From: Mytilus edulis | Taxonomy: Eukaryota | Length of the DNA stretch: 64,000 nucleotides | Direction of reading: 5' to 3' | Assembly (NCBI RefSeq): GCF_963676685.1 | Contig: NC_092345.1 | Coordinates: 29,078,001 to 29,142,000, forward strand | Shown: in pieces, positions 26,187-39,291 of the stretch | Layout of the letters: each line of letters starts with the position of its first letter | How positions within the stretch are numbered: the stretch's first letter is position 1 | Made by a program: the position numbers and the translations under genes | Notes under the pieces: model-generated | Told to the model about the DNA's origin: nothing | Databases searched by the model: none | What the model saw: the letters and a program-made list of their open reading frames with translations, nothing else

Positions 26187-26226
<40 letters not shown>
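26187..26226. repeat. (GT)n microsatellite marking the start of the duplicated gene unit
   Basis: (gt)n tract. A homologous degenerate tract sits at ~57-76, and downstream similarity continues (142-260 vs 26322-26420). Confidence 0.85.
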
Positions 26227-26231
<5 letters not shown>

Positions 26232-26806
26232 CTTGTTGTGATAAGCAAATATAAGGATGTAGTTTTTAAACATTATTCATTATTGGGTGTTTAGGTTTTT
26301 TGGTATTAACATGAATAGATTTCTGAACATCTTGCAATTTGTATAGTAAAAATATAAACTTTAATAGCAGAACATCTTGAACATAGAGGCGTTGCTCTCG
26401 CATCCTTAATTTGGTTTTAAACAAAGTATTAAATGTTCGTGTTTACCTTATCATGCATTATAATAAAAGTCAGTATGTAAGTGCACCAGCGACATTAATT
26501 ATCGAATATTTAGAGATGTTCTGACAGACTAGTGTCTTGCAAACATCTACAATAACAGGTGCGATTTGAAAGATTTGTAATACGTTTTTTTAGTTATCGA
26601 ATTTTTTGGATTTAGTAAATGGTCTCATCGTACATTTTTCTTCGATCATTGTTTTGCAAGACACTAACTAAATAACACTTCCAACTATTCCTAGTGTTCC
26701 ATTTTCTCAAACTTATTTTTGCGACATGCAAAACGTCGATAGAGTAATGAAGTGTTGAAAACAAAACTGTTGCCTTAATCAAATCACGGGTGAACTTTCT
26801 TAATCC

Positions 26807-28987
26807 ATCGATATTTATAAGACGTCTGTGTTAAAAAGTGAATCTGCGCTTGCGTCGTTTATTATCTAGAATTGTGGAAAATTTTCGGTTCATGTATAAC
26901 TCATTTTAAACATTGTGTATATATATATTTCGAACAGAACTGTTGTACAGGCTTTTTTCTCTTTTTTTTATATAAAAAGGAGAATACATCAAATTTGTCG
27001 ATTAGGTAAGTAACAAAAAACATTCGATGCTATATTTGCTGTCTAACTTTTTAACACAGGCTAATCGTTGTCAAAGACATCAATTTGTTCTATCCATGAA
27101 CTGTCATGACTATTAGTAAATGTAAGTTTTTTTTAGTGAATGACTTCTGATCTGAATAAAGACTTTTAGTCGGTAGTTTTCGTTAACCAGAAGTCAAACT
27201 AAGCTACAGATACATTCTCAAGTGTTTTGTTTATTTTCATTTAAACAAATTGACCTCTTATTATTTCTTTTCACCCACTTCATTTGTAATTCTTATCTTA
27301 TCGTTGTACTACTAGTCGATTACAATGTCAAGGTGAAATGTGTTAAATATGAACGAAGGCTATAAAATAACATTTCTAGAGGAACGAACGTTGTTAACCA
27401 TTTAAATGAAACAACGCGTATATCGGCTACTTTCAAGAATGCATGAAACATGTGAAATGAGGAGGCGGACAAAGCGAGTCTGCAAACATGTTAAATCCTC
27501 TCACATTATGTACTGGGTTATTCCTTATAGGAACCTGCTGTCGTTTATTACTGTATCATATTTGTTTTTCCTATACTAGTATTTTATTATTACATTGATA
27601 AGTCCTACAGTTTTCCCGTAAGAATTGTAGTAATTTTGTTATTTTAGGGAGCTTTTTTTTTTTTTTATCTCACTTTGCTAATTGTTGGAGGCCGCAAGGT
27701 GTCCGTTAAATGCTAAACTAAGTCAATTGATCTCTGAATCGCAATGGAGGATTATCTCATTGGAAATCATACAACATCTTTTTACTTTTATAAATAAGGT
27801 GAAAAATAAGCCTTTAAAATTTCTTTTTTATTTGATATATTTCTTTTGCTATTTAGAATACATATTCAGTTTAAACAAGGCTAAAATTTGAAAAGTTTTT
27901 ATCGATATTTATAAGACGTCTGTGTTAAAAAGTGAATCTGCGCTTGCGTCGTTTATTATCTAGAATTGTGGAAAATTTTCGGTTCATGTATAACTCATTT
28001 TAAACATTGTGTATATATATATTTCGAACAGAACTGTTGTACAGGCTTTTTTTTTTTTTTTTTATATAAAAAGGAGAATACATCAAATTTGTCGATTAGG
28101 TAAGTAACAAAAAACATTCGATGCTATATTTGCTGTCTAACTTTTTAACACAGGCTAATCGTTGTCAAAGACATCAATTTGTTCTATCCATGAACTGTCA
28201 TGACTATTAGTAAATGTAAGTTTTTTTTTAGTGAATGACTTCTGATCTGAATAAAGACTTTTAGTCGGTAGTTTTCGTTAACCAGAAGTCAAACTAAGCT
28301 ACAGATACATTCTCAAGTGTTTTGTTTATTTTCATTTAAACAAATTGACCTCTTATTATTTCTTTTCACCCACTTCATTTGTAATTCTTATCTAATCGTT
28401 GTACTACTAGTCGATTACAATGTCAAGGTGAAATGTGTTAAATATGAACGAAGGCTATAAAATAACATTTCTAGAGGAACGAACGTTGTTAACCATTTAA
28501 ATGAAACAACGCGTATATCGGCTACTTTCAAGAATGCATGAAACATGTGAAATGAGGAGGCGGACAAAGCGAGTCTGCAAACATGTTAAATCCTCTCACA
28601 TTATGTACTGGGTTATTCTTTATAGAAACCTGCTGTCGTTTATTACTGTATCATATTTGTTTTTCCTATGCTAGTATTTTATTATTACATTGATAAGTCC
28701 TATAGTTTTCCCGTAAGAATTGTAGTAATTTTGTTATTTTAGGGAGCCTTTTTTTTTTATCTTACTTTGCTAATTGTTGGAGGCCGCAAGGTGTCCGTTA
28801 AATGCTTACATAAGTCAATTGATCTCTGAATCGTAATGGAGGGTTATCTCATTGGAAATCATACAACATCTTTTACTTTTATAAATAAGGTTAAAAATAA
28901 GCCTTTAAACTTTCTTTTTTATTTGATATATTTCTTTTGCTATTTAGAATACATATTCAGTTTAAACAAGGCTAAAATTTGAAAAGT
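26807..28987 (+). repeat. Near-identical ~1.09-kb tandem duplication containing the putative first exon of gene copy 2
   Basis: Units 26807-27896 and 27901-28987, each with a donor AG|GTAAGT (27006, 28100). Confidence 0.95.
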
Positions 28988-29207
28988 ATATGAAATTAAT
29001 TCAGTCTCCCGTAAATCATTAAGTCGTGTCAATTAAGCCTAATAACCAACAACCATGATGATTATTTCTGCAGATATCATGTACAATTAATTAAAAAAAT
29101 CTTTAGAAATTCCCGAAATATATTATGTTGATTTAAAATGTATTCACGTTTACTGTAATCAATTCTATTCTTATTTAGAACAAAAAAGTATCAACCATCA
29201 AAACAGT

Positions 29208-30119
29208 ATGTGTACTCCGTGTAAGTTCAGAAATGAATCAATGCCACCTATCAATTGGTGTATAGATTGTGAAGAAGGACTCTGTAGGTACTGCTGTACC
29301 CATCATCAATCCTCAAAAGCTTTAAAGCGGCACGACCTTATTCCTTTTAGGGATCGTCGATCGCTACCTGAATTTGCGCAATCTATTCAGGATACATGTT
29401 TTGAACACAAACGACAGTTTGAGTTTTTCTGCTGTGTACATCAGGACTTTCACTGCATCAAATGCAATACTTTGGATCATAAGACATGTGATAGTGTTTT
29501 ACCACTGGAAGATGTTGTTCGAAACGCAAAGTCATCTGTAGCTTTTTGCCGTATTGAAGAAGGCTTGAATGTTCTACTTTCAAAATTAGAAACGATAACG
29601 AATAAATCAGAAGAGTCGATAATGAACAATGCAGCACACATAAACGATATAAGAAATAATGTTAATCAAATTAAGAACAGGATATACAAGACATTGGAAG
29701 AAGATATTGGAGAATTTCTTAGCAAATTGGACAAGTTAAAGTCTGATAGCAAATCAAAAGCACACAAAACAATAAGAGGTCTTAAGGAAAAACTCAATGT
29801 TATTCTAGACTTGAAGGTAAATGTTGCACTTTTGAAAGAAAACGGAACAGACTTACAAATTTATTTATGTCTAAAACACCTTGAATCGAATATAACAAAG
29901 GAAGAAAATGATCTAAGTGCAGACATAAATGATGGCCATTATGATAGTGAAGAATTAATTTTTCGTCCATCAGAGGCAATGAACACATTGAAATTGGTTG
30001 GTAGTATTGGTGAACTGGAAGTCCGGCATAAACCTTTAAAAGTCAACTCAGGAGGCATGGGTCAAAGTGTAAAAGTGGTCCAAAGCCCAAAAGAATCAAT
30101 GTCATACAAAACTGATCAG
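29208..30119 (+). CDS. TRIM-like B-box1/B-box2/coiled-coil coding exon (no RING), copy 2; unspliced ORF continues to 30146
   Basis: Colinear, same-length paralogue of 3761-4699 with all zinc ligands kept. Acceptor ttatttag at 29178, donor CAG|GTATTA at 30119/30120. Confidence 0.9.
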
Positions 30120-30475
30120 GTATTAGAAGTTATGTTGAGGACGTAAGCATAGCATAAGAAGACATGGTTTAATTGTTAAAAATGTTAAGGACAAAATTGC
30201 ATTCAATAAGAAACGGACAAAACGTTATAATCACAATAAAATATAACAACTTGAAGTTTCAGAGAGCTAGTGTATACGAGATTAATTTGTTACAAATAAT
30301 AAATTATAAATCAAGATTCCTAACTAGAGTATCGACCAGTAAACATACCATCAATTTATAATCTTAAAATTTATAAATACGTGTGAAATTCCCGAAAAAA
30401 TGAAATATGAATAGACCTTTAACGCCGCCATGTTGTTAAAGATTGTTTAGGGCCGTAATTTATTAAACCTATATC

Positions 30476-31473
30476 CAGGGTTTCCGCTGGTGGTCGCCAT
30501 TTTCGCAATTTGCGAAAAAATAATAATTGTGGCGATAAAAATTCGTCATTTGCGAAAGAATTTGGCGAAAGAAATATATATAACGATTTATTTTCCTCCA
30601 TCTTGTTTATTTACTTTTTTCAAGTTTCTCGGACTTTATCAGACAATACTCGGAATTCACCTTGACCTCATTAAGATTTGAACAGAAAATCAATAATCAG
30701 CTGATTGCATTTTATAACTATCGACAACAAAGGACTAATTAATAAAGGTGTTGATTGAATTGTTTGACAAAATGATATGGTTAAATGGCTTCCGCTAAAT
30801 GTCACATACAGAATTTATTTACCACTTTGCGACGCACGTGTTTGAAGCAAACTTTTGACGTCTCCTCTCCTTTTAAAGATAATTTAGAAAAGAAAGCTGT
30901 TGTGACGAAAAATGTTCAAAAGCAAGAAAAATCTCCGAATTTAAACTTTAATTATCCTTTGACTTAAATATAGTTTATTGATTAGGGAGACTACTTTAAA
31001 GTCGTTTGAGTGACACACGTGTTTCAAGCATAGTACGTCTCAACTTATTGATTTACGATGATCAAGAAAAGAAAACTTTCGTTATGAAGAAATGTATCCA
31101 AAAGTTTGGGAACAACCCCTCGAAGGAGAGTAACCCTTCAATATAATGACTACACATGAAATGAGGGATCAATTTCATGTGATGAAAGCTTTTGTTTTGT
31201 TGTAAAAACCACTTCTTAGTTTCTTAGTACAAAAGAGCACATCAGTATTTTTCTTTTAAAGAAACTTTCCCTACGAACTATATAACTCGAATAATTCAAG
31301 CCCTTTCCGTGTCCGATTTTCTCCCACACGAGGGGGTGGGTAGAAAAAAAAGATAAATTTTAAACGAAAAATATATTTATGTTATTTGGCGAAAAAAATA
31401 ATAAAGTGGCGAAAAATATATTGTTTTGGCGAAAGAGGTGGCGAAAAAGGTAATTGACCAAGGGGAAACCTTG
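30476..31473. mobile_element. Non-autonomous hAT-like element in an intron of copy 2
   Basis: TIR CAGGGTTTCC...GGAAACCTTG, perfect 8-bp TSD CCTATATC, subterminal TGGCGAAA repeats. Confidence 0.85.
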
Positions 31474-31617
31474 CCTATATCACACTTTCAAATCGTGTAT
31501 TACCCCAAAGGAAGCATATATACAGTAACTGCAAAAGTTAATACTAATTTTCTTTGTTTGTGTCAATGCCCTGTCAAATTACAAGAGATTACATATAATA
31601 CATTAATATTTTTACAG

Positions 31618-31881
31618 GTTATACACAAATACCTGCCATATTTAGCGGTTGTGGCCAGACTTTGTTTAATCAGTGTTTTTCTGCTTGATTGTATGGTAAG
31701 CTTAGATATACCATATCGTGAATATCTTCGACGTTTTGATCAATTAAGATTGGATCATCATCTGGTGGAAATTTTCGTAAAACTTACTTGTTTTGGACAG
31801 ATCGTGGGATGCCTTATAGTTCTTCTTCGACGAAAGATCAAAACTGGATGTGGGATTATATTATTTATTAAAATGTCTCAG
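31618..31881 (+). CDS. SURF4: SURF4/Erv29-like exon, copy 2
   Basis: tttttacag|VIHKYLPYLAVVARLCLISVFLLD...GQIVGCLIVLLRR...MSQ|gtatat, 264 nt, phase 0-0. Confidence 0.85.
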
Positions 31882-32241
31882 GTATATGATCTTTTAATAT
31901 TCGTTTGTTTAAGTGTCTTTGCAACTGGTGCAGTAAATTATGGCAACAGTAGTATACCGCTGTTTAAAAGTCATAAATCTATTGAGGGAAAAACAATCCG
32001 GGTTGCAAACAAAAACCGAGTTACAAAACCAACTTTAAGAGGAAAACAACGAAACAACAGAAATACTGAAGTGCAACAACAAAAAACGACAATGCAACAC
32101 ACACACAGAAACAAACTATAAGATAACAAGTAATAAAATTGATACTGTTAGTGTAAACTGATCAGCAAAACTAGATCTTCAATTAGGTTGATTTACATAG
32201 TTGTCAGACAAATTGGGATAGGAGTTATGGTTTACCCTTAA

Positions 32242-32767
32242 GGTAGCACAATACAAAGATTTGTTCACTCCCAATCAGACAACTTTAAACTGATGTAATT
32301 CATTTCATCCTTCTTTAAATTTCATAAATGAGGTACCAAAAGAAAGAAGATAGATTAATCTTTTAAATTGTGATAATTTCATTATGACATAATTATTACA
32401 TAATTAATTATTATGTAATTAGTTGCTATATTGTGATGTCCACACTTGAATGAATTTAGCTTCTTTGTTCTTTATAGCATCCCCAAATATTTTATAGATT
32501 CTTGTACAACACAGCTTGACCTCCAAAACTGTGTCTCAGATTTCCAAAAACATCAATAGAACAAATTTTATACCACATTTAATTGAACTAATTACATATC
32601 AATTAATTATGTAATAATTATGTCATCATGAAATTATCACAATTTGAAAGATAAATCATTCTTCTATCTTTTAGTACCTCATTTATAAAATTTAAAGAAG
32701 GATAAGTGGAATTACATCAGTTTAAAGATGTCTGATTGGGGATGAAAAATCTTTGTATTGTGCTACC
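32242..32767. mobile_element. Kolobok-like foldback MITE
   Basis: TTAA|GGTAGCACAATACAAAGATTT...GTGCTACC|TTAA. An empty TTAA site is visible in the paralogous intron at ~5806. Confidence 0.9.
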
Positions 32768-33696
32768 TTAAATAGCGATTTTTATTCATTGTTGCATTTT
32801 GATTAAAATAATAATACTTCAAATTTGACAACGGTATAGTATTTACAACATAGGCTGCGTGTTTAAACATGCCAAATAAATAGCAGCTTGATTTGGCACA
32901 GCCGCTGTTGTTATTACTCTACCGTTGTCAAATTTGAAATATTATATCAGCTTAGATCGGTTAGTGCTGTTTATTGGGAATGTATTTCTACGCACTCGTT
33001 GTTGTAACGTCTTGGTTATCGTCATCTTTGAGGTTTAGGAGTTGTGCCAGTTCATATCGCACATTACTTTTTTTAATTAAAACATTAATTTGCAGGCTCC
33101 GTTGTAATTAGCTATATAACCTACGTAATTTTTTTAATTGCTCTGTGTTCGGTTTTAACTATTTTATTGCATACATTTCAAGATTTGATCATAATAGATT
33201 GATAGGATTCATTTTATATAATAATCATACTGAAGAAGGATATCTGTTATCCGAAATATTAAACATTTGTTCATGATTTTTTTGTATATTTAGGGAAAAC
33301 AATAAGGCTGAAAATGCACCAATTATTATATTTAATATACATATTCACATTTTGTCTATTAAAACATCAAATTGTTCAAAAATATTCTCCATAGAAAACT
33401 ATGAAGGTAAGGACTTAGTTCGTTTCTAATATTATAAAATTTCCACTTCATCAAAGTATTGTTAAAGGAGTTTCTTGTCTATTTAGGTTTAATAGTTTTA
33501 AGTATATATATATATTACCTTCTATAAAACTCTAATATATTGATCGACAAATTGTTAATGGTCATTAACCAATAAACATTTACTTGAACATAATATGTTT
33601 AATTTTTTATAATTTGAAATAAATGATGCGACAGATATAGCTATGATGCTTTTCAAATTCGTACATTATTTGGTATTTAAAAAAAAAATTATTCGA

Positions 33697-33741
33697 GCGT
33701 CACTGATGAGTTTTTTTGTAGACGAAACGCGCGTCTGGCGT
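33697..33741 (+). ncRNA. Minimal type I hammerhead ribozyme motif
   Basis: gcgtca-CTGATGA-gttt(ttttgt)agac-GAAA-c(gcgc)g-TC-tggcgt. The core is intact, stems I and II pair, and loop III is palindromic. Confidence 0.75.
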
Positions 33742-33893
33742 AAATATAAAATTTCAATTCAGGTATTTATGATGAATTTATTGTACATACTTATACACAT
33801 TAAAATTGTTTTGTATCAAGCCGTTTTCAAGTAAATTTAAAATGGTGTAGAAAAGATTGAATACCAAATCAAACATTGTCCTTTTTCTTTCAG

Positions 33894-33934
33894 ATATATG
33901 TACTGCTGGACTTACCCAGCGTAACAATTGTCAG
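33894..33934 (+). CDS. SURF4: 41-nt SURF4-like microexon (IYVLLDLPSVTIVR), copy 2
   Basis: ctttttctttcag|...CAG|gtgagt, phase 0 to 2. Confidence 0.8.
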
Positions 33935-35319
33935 GTGAGTCATCATAATTTCATGAATTCCATAAGATACTAGTGATTATGTGTTCAACAACGGAGTCGA
34001 CAATTAATTCATATCGTCTCCTGTTGTGATATTTTAAGTAAATTATAAAGCATGTTTACCTGACAATATCGGGATATTGGTATTCAGTCAAATCCTAACC
34101 GGAAATTGTGATAATATTAAAATTCCAACATGAATATTAATGTAAATAATGTCAAAATATTAAGGCTTTAAATAAATACTTATTTGGGTAAAATGATGCA
34201 AGCATACGCATTGTATTGTGCCTTATACTGTTAGAGGTTTATTATGTTTAACAGCCATATTATAGCTATGTGTAAACACGTTAATTTATATGAGTTATGA
34301 AAAACAAATCGTATTTCCAAGTAGGTTAAAGAAAATTTCAAATATATGTATTTCACTGTGGGTTGGCATTCATTAGCTTTAACTATCCTATAGATTTACA
34401 ACTGTTGGTTATATTGATTATTTAGAATCGTCATTGAAGGTCGAGCACAAATTCTGTGTTAATTAATTCTTTTGATGTGTAATTTGTATGTAAGAGTAAC
34501 ATTTCTGTGTACTATGTTCAATGCTCAAAAATCAATGTGTTGATTGGTTACCTTGAACAGGGTCATAATTTCATATTTGCGTATAGTTATTCTGAATTTT
34601 CTATCGTTACAAAATATATAAATGTACTAGATCTTAGTATTTTTTATTGATTTATTAAAATCATTGATGTATACCTATAATTTCCTTTATTTGTTTTGAA
34701 ATATATGAAATTAATATATACCAACAACAAGAATTATTTTATTATCTTATAAATATTATTTTGTTACATATTACAAAACCGTCATGGGTGTGCAAGATCG
34801 TGTTCAACTACCCTCATCATCTTTAGTTTTTTAGTGTGATGATACAACTTACTCTTAAATCAAAGATAGTGCATCTTCTTCCAACTAATAGTGGTCATTA
34901 TATCTTCTAATATTATTAGATATCATAAATTTTTATGACAATATATAAACATTCTTATTGTTAGGATCAGAGGTAAACAGAAAAATAATCGATAGTTTCT
35001 ATTGCAAAATAATTTACCAAAAAGGTATTTAAAGAAAAAATAATGTTTCTTGTGTATATCTTTTAAGTTAAAACAATTGTTTTTTTTTTTCGAAAACTAC
35101 TTTACCACACATACAAGATAAATGATCAAAAGTATGATTGTCATTATATGAAAAGTCAAAAATGGCTTGTTTAAGACAGTAGAACAACTCTCCCCGCCCT
35201 GAAATAGTGTTTAATGAGTCCAGAAGTGGATGGAACCTAGGTAAAGAAGACAATGTTGATATAACTTAACAAATAATACAGAGGTTTTCGTAATTAAGTA
35301 AACTAAAAACCAAATGATA

Positions 35320-35590
35320 GATTGATTGATTAATTGATGTTGAACGTCATTTTCATCACTACTGTTCTATCATGCTATGGTCAGTGTTGTTTTTGTGGGG
35401 AAAGCTGACACGCCCGGAGAGAACCACTGACATTCGGTTGAAAAATAACAATTCGAGCTAAGAGTCTAGCTGCCACGTGCGAGATTAGAACTGACAATTT
35501 CAGTGTTGACATGCTAGTGAAACAGTAGTTCAACTACTTGTTTTCTCTTTTTGACTAACTACTTAGACCACTCAGCCATAGAGACCCATA
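35320..35590 (-). mobile_element. Degenerate tRNA-derived SINE
   Basis: Colinear with 60275-60540. Confidence 0.6.
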
Positions 35591-37629
35591 ACAACCAAAA
35601 TGAGATTAGTAGTTATAAGGCAGTACATAAATGACTTCTCATTTTCTTTTGGATGACTGAAATACCGCGTTATGATTTTGAGGTAGTGACAAAATCTCCC
35701 AAAACATTTTTCGGACTAGTCCCTTTGTCATCATTAGTCACTTATCTCATGGAAATAAAAGAAAATGTTGGTACAGCCTCGATGTACACATAAAAAGCTG
35801 TAGCATTATACATCTTAACAAAAATAGTTCGACCTTTACTTTAAGAGATAAAGTGTGCAAAATAATAAATTAAATGCAATAAAACGTCAATGGTTCAAAT
35901 GAAGACAGAACAACAATAACTACCAGCTTGTAAATACTTATGATGTCATGATACCGAAACAGTGGGAAAATCTTGCCACTCGTGAATAAAAGAAAAATAT
36001 CTTTTCTATCTATAAATTGACAAAACTTTCCGAGACCATAGTTATACCCTTCTTTTTGTAGAATAATTGTTTTTATATGTCAATTTACCTAACATGCTCA
36101 TACATTGTCAATTTTCATTTCCGATGGAGCAAGAAAATCGCTTTCTGTATTTGGCTTTTCATTTGTTTAAAATATTAAAAAGATGTATGTATATGCAACA
36201 CATTCAGTTGTTTACTAACATCAGTTATCAACATAATAATAGGCATGAAACATTTTCCAAACATTTACCTATTCCCCAGTACTACATTTTAGAGAACATG
36301 AATTTACTTATATTAAAAGAAAAGTTTAGCATATCAATACATGTGAATAAGGTAATAAAAAAGCTACATCTGGCAAGGTCATTGTGTGTGTAGATTATTA
36401 AAATAATAAAACAATGTAGCACTATAATAGAACGGAACACTACATGTAGGCCTTACTTCATATAACTGCAAAAGAGAATAGAAAAACAAGTAAAGGTTAA
36501 TTAACTTCTTTACTATTAAACTATTCTGTGTGTTGTTCTCTTTCCTCCATGATCAATTAATCATCATGCCACTGTTACCTATAGGTTCTATGGATAATCA
36601 GATTTGTCATCTTCGGTTATGGGTATTCCGTTTGGGTTAGTTTGGGAGGAAAAAAATGCGTCCGGCTATTGTGTCCGTCATTGGACGGACATTTAGGTAG
36701 CAATACACAGTAAGAAGTTTAGTTTCGCATTTTAGCCATTGTGAATTTTTAAATATGAACGTGTTTGTACAATATAAATATTTTTTAGACAGTTCAAAAT
36801 ATTATAGCCTTCCAAGTGGGTTTATGTGAACATTGAAATTGTTTTTAGCATGTTTTACTGGCAATTTGTCTGTTTGACAGTCCGCATTTCCACATCCGTA
36901 CCGCCGATAGATCCAGAAATTATTGTATTCTTTTTCAACAAAGATTTAACACTCGATCTTTTCAATTCCATTTTATGGAAAAACGAGCGGAATATCATAA
37001 TATTTGTTTTTTGACCTCTTGAATGATAAATATGTATGGTTTCAGGAAAGAGATCACACAAATGAATTGAAATTCTCCTTATGATTAAATTTGAGACTTT
37101 TAAGGCATTTTTATCCAGAATATTTCGTGTATATTAAACGCAGACTGTTGCCATGGTTCCACCAAAAACAGTTTTTTTTACAGTTATTACTATTGGAAAT
37201 CTAATCAATGACAGATTCTTTTTTTTCAGAAAAATACACATGCATGACACAAATGTAAAGTCGTACTTGTTAGAAAGAAAGGAAAAGAGGGTGGCTAAAA
37301 ATTATAAGTTTTTTTCGTTACTGTGTACCGCTACCTTGTTAAGTAATATCTATACTCTTGAACGAGAAGAACTCATTTTGTGTTGCTTCTCTTTATTCCA
37401 CATTCCACAATCTATATTATTAAACGAGAAGATCTCATTTTATATTTCGCTTCTCTTTCTCACACAATAAATTTATAATCATGCTTCTATGACCTATATA
37501 GGTACCATGGATAGTCAGATTTGTAATCACCGCTTATGATCATTCCGTTTTGATAATTTTGGGAGGAGAGCAAAAATAAAGACGTCCTGATATTGTTACC
37601 GTCATCGGACGGACGTAAAAGTCATATAT

Positions 37630-38094
37630 AGGTGTAATACCACCATTGATTTCCCCTATTAGTCTTTGTTAAATTTTCACTTTTCAAAAAAATATGTAGA
37701 ATGTATGTTTGTTTCAAATAAAGAAATACTAGGCATGAGTAAAGTTTCATCCTGTCCAGTACTATAGAAAAACATTCATATAACATTGGATTGCATATAA
37801 AAAGTAACCATCACTGGAAGTTAACCAATCAACTTTCTCTCCTTATTTTATCTGTGTACAAGGTTTAGCCACCATGTAACCTCAAGATTACAAAATATTC
37901 TATAGAAATCCCAAATAAAAAAATAATGGTGCTTTGAAATACCCAAGACATATGTTTATGACACAGAAATCTTTTACTGTAATAAAATGTAGGATTAATT
38001 ACCTACAACTGTCAAATTCAAGGGAATATTTTTTTTCGACCTACTTTCGTATACAACCGGATGTGACGTACCATGATTTGGTGGTATTACACCT
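37630..38094. mobile_element. MITE (Kolobok-like termini)
   Basis: TIR AGGTGTAATACCACCA...TGGTGGTATTACACCT. Confidence 0.65.
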
Positions 38095-38860
38095 TTAGTT
38101 CATATCAAGCAATTTTCTAGATTGTGACATTCATAATTTCTATGTTACAAAATAATTTCTCAAAAAGTTGTTGTATATGCATGGCACATTATGCATCGTT
38201 AAACAAACTATATATCACGACACTGTACGAACAATGTTTGACGTGTTAAGATTTTGCTTCCATTTTAATTTGAAATGCACCTTAAATTATTTTCCAAATA
38301 TGTGATCAATTTCCCTTATAACATAAATATAACCTCATCACATATTTAAGGGGAGGGTGAACGCTAACAAACATATTAAAACCCGCCAGATTATTTATGA
38401 GCCTGTCCCAAGTAAGGAGCCTGTAGTTCAGTGTAGTTTCATGAAAGGTTTAGTTATTAATTAGACTGTTATATAAAAAAGAAGATGTGGTATGATTGCC
38501 AATGTGCAAACTCTTCTTAAGGGAGCAAATAACAACTACATGTCACCGTACGTCCTTTTCTCTTTTGAATCTTTTTTATTTTCATGCCGAATTTTTTTTA
38601 TAGCCGTCCATAATATTTTTTTGTAGGCCTATAATTGCTTATATTGACTTCATTTCAAGTTGTGGATAGATGTGTCAGTTGCTATCACATCAAATCTTCT
38701 TATGTTTAGATATATTTGTAAAATTGTGTCTTTTACGCGGAAGAGTATTTGCGTATATTATGTATATGTTTAAAGAAGTTAAAAGTTTGCTAAATGTACA
38801 TGGTTTAATAGATTATAAGAAATCTGTTATTATACCTGTGTTTTATTTATTTTTTTGCAG

Positions 38861-39291
38861 GATAATTTCTGTATTTGGAATAGTATTGATGGCATATGCA
38901 GATAACACAGGAGGGAAGAGTCTGTTTGCTAGTACTTCATCGACTTTATCAGCGGAAAACAGGAAAAAGAAATGTTTAGGAAATATTCTGTTACTTTTGA
39001 TGTATGTTCCACTGTTGTTTGAGATTGTAGACTCATCTAGTTGGATACGACTATCATTTGGTCTATGTCTCATTCTGAGCATTACTATTGGCTATAGGAT
39101 CAATATTTCTATTGATAGCTTGGTTACTGTTAGGCAATTTGCCCTTTGCTTGTCAGAGACATTACTATTACAACAGGTGGTACGAACATCTGAACTATTT
39201 TATTTTTATCAACACAATAGTGATCACAGGAGGATTGTTATTAATGCTAGCATATGGTTCTGAAAACATCGACTTAAAAAAGAAAACATAG
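38861..39291 (+). pseudogene. SURF4: SURF4-like terminal exon, copy 2, with an 8-nt frameshifting deletion at ~39110
   Basis: ttttttgcag|G IISVFGIVLMAYADNTGGKSLFAS...GYRINIS. The SURF4 frame resumes in ORF 39088-39291 (LIAWLLLGNL...GGLLLMLAYGSENIDLKKKT*), ending in a KKxx-type motif. Confidence 0.8.

Noticed and set aside
31426-32121. 231-aa single-exon membrane protein ORF
   Set aside because: Only 31618-31881 is homologous to SURF4. The rest reads through a hAT end, intron and a repeat, and is not kept in copy 1.
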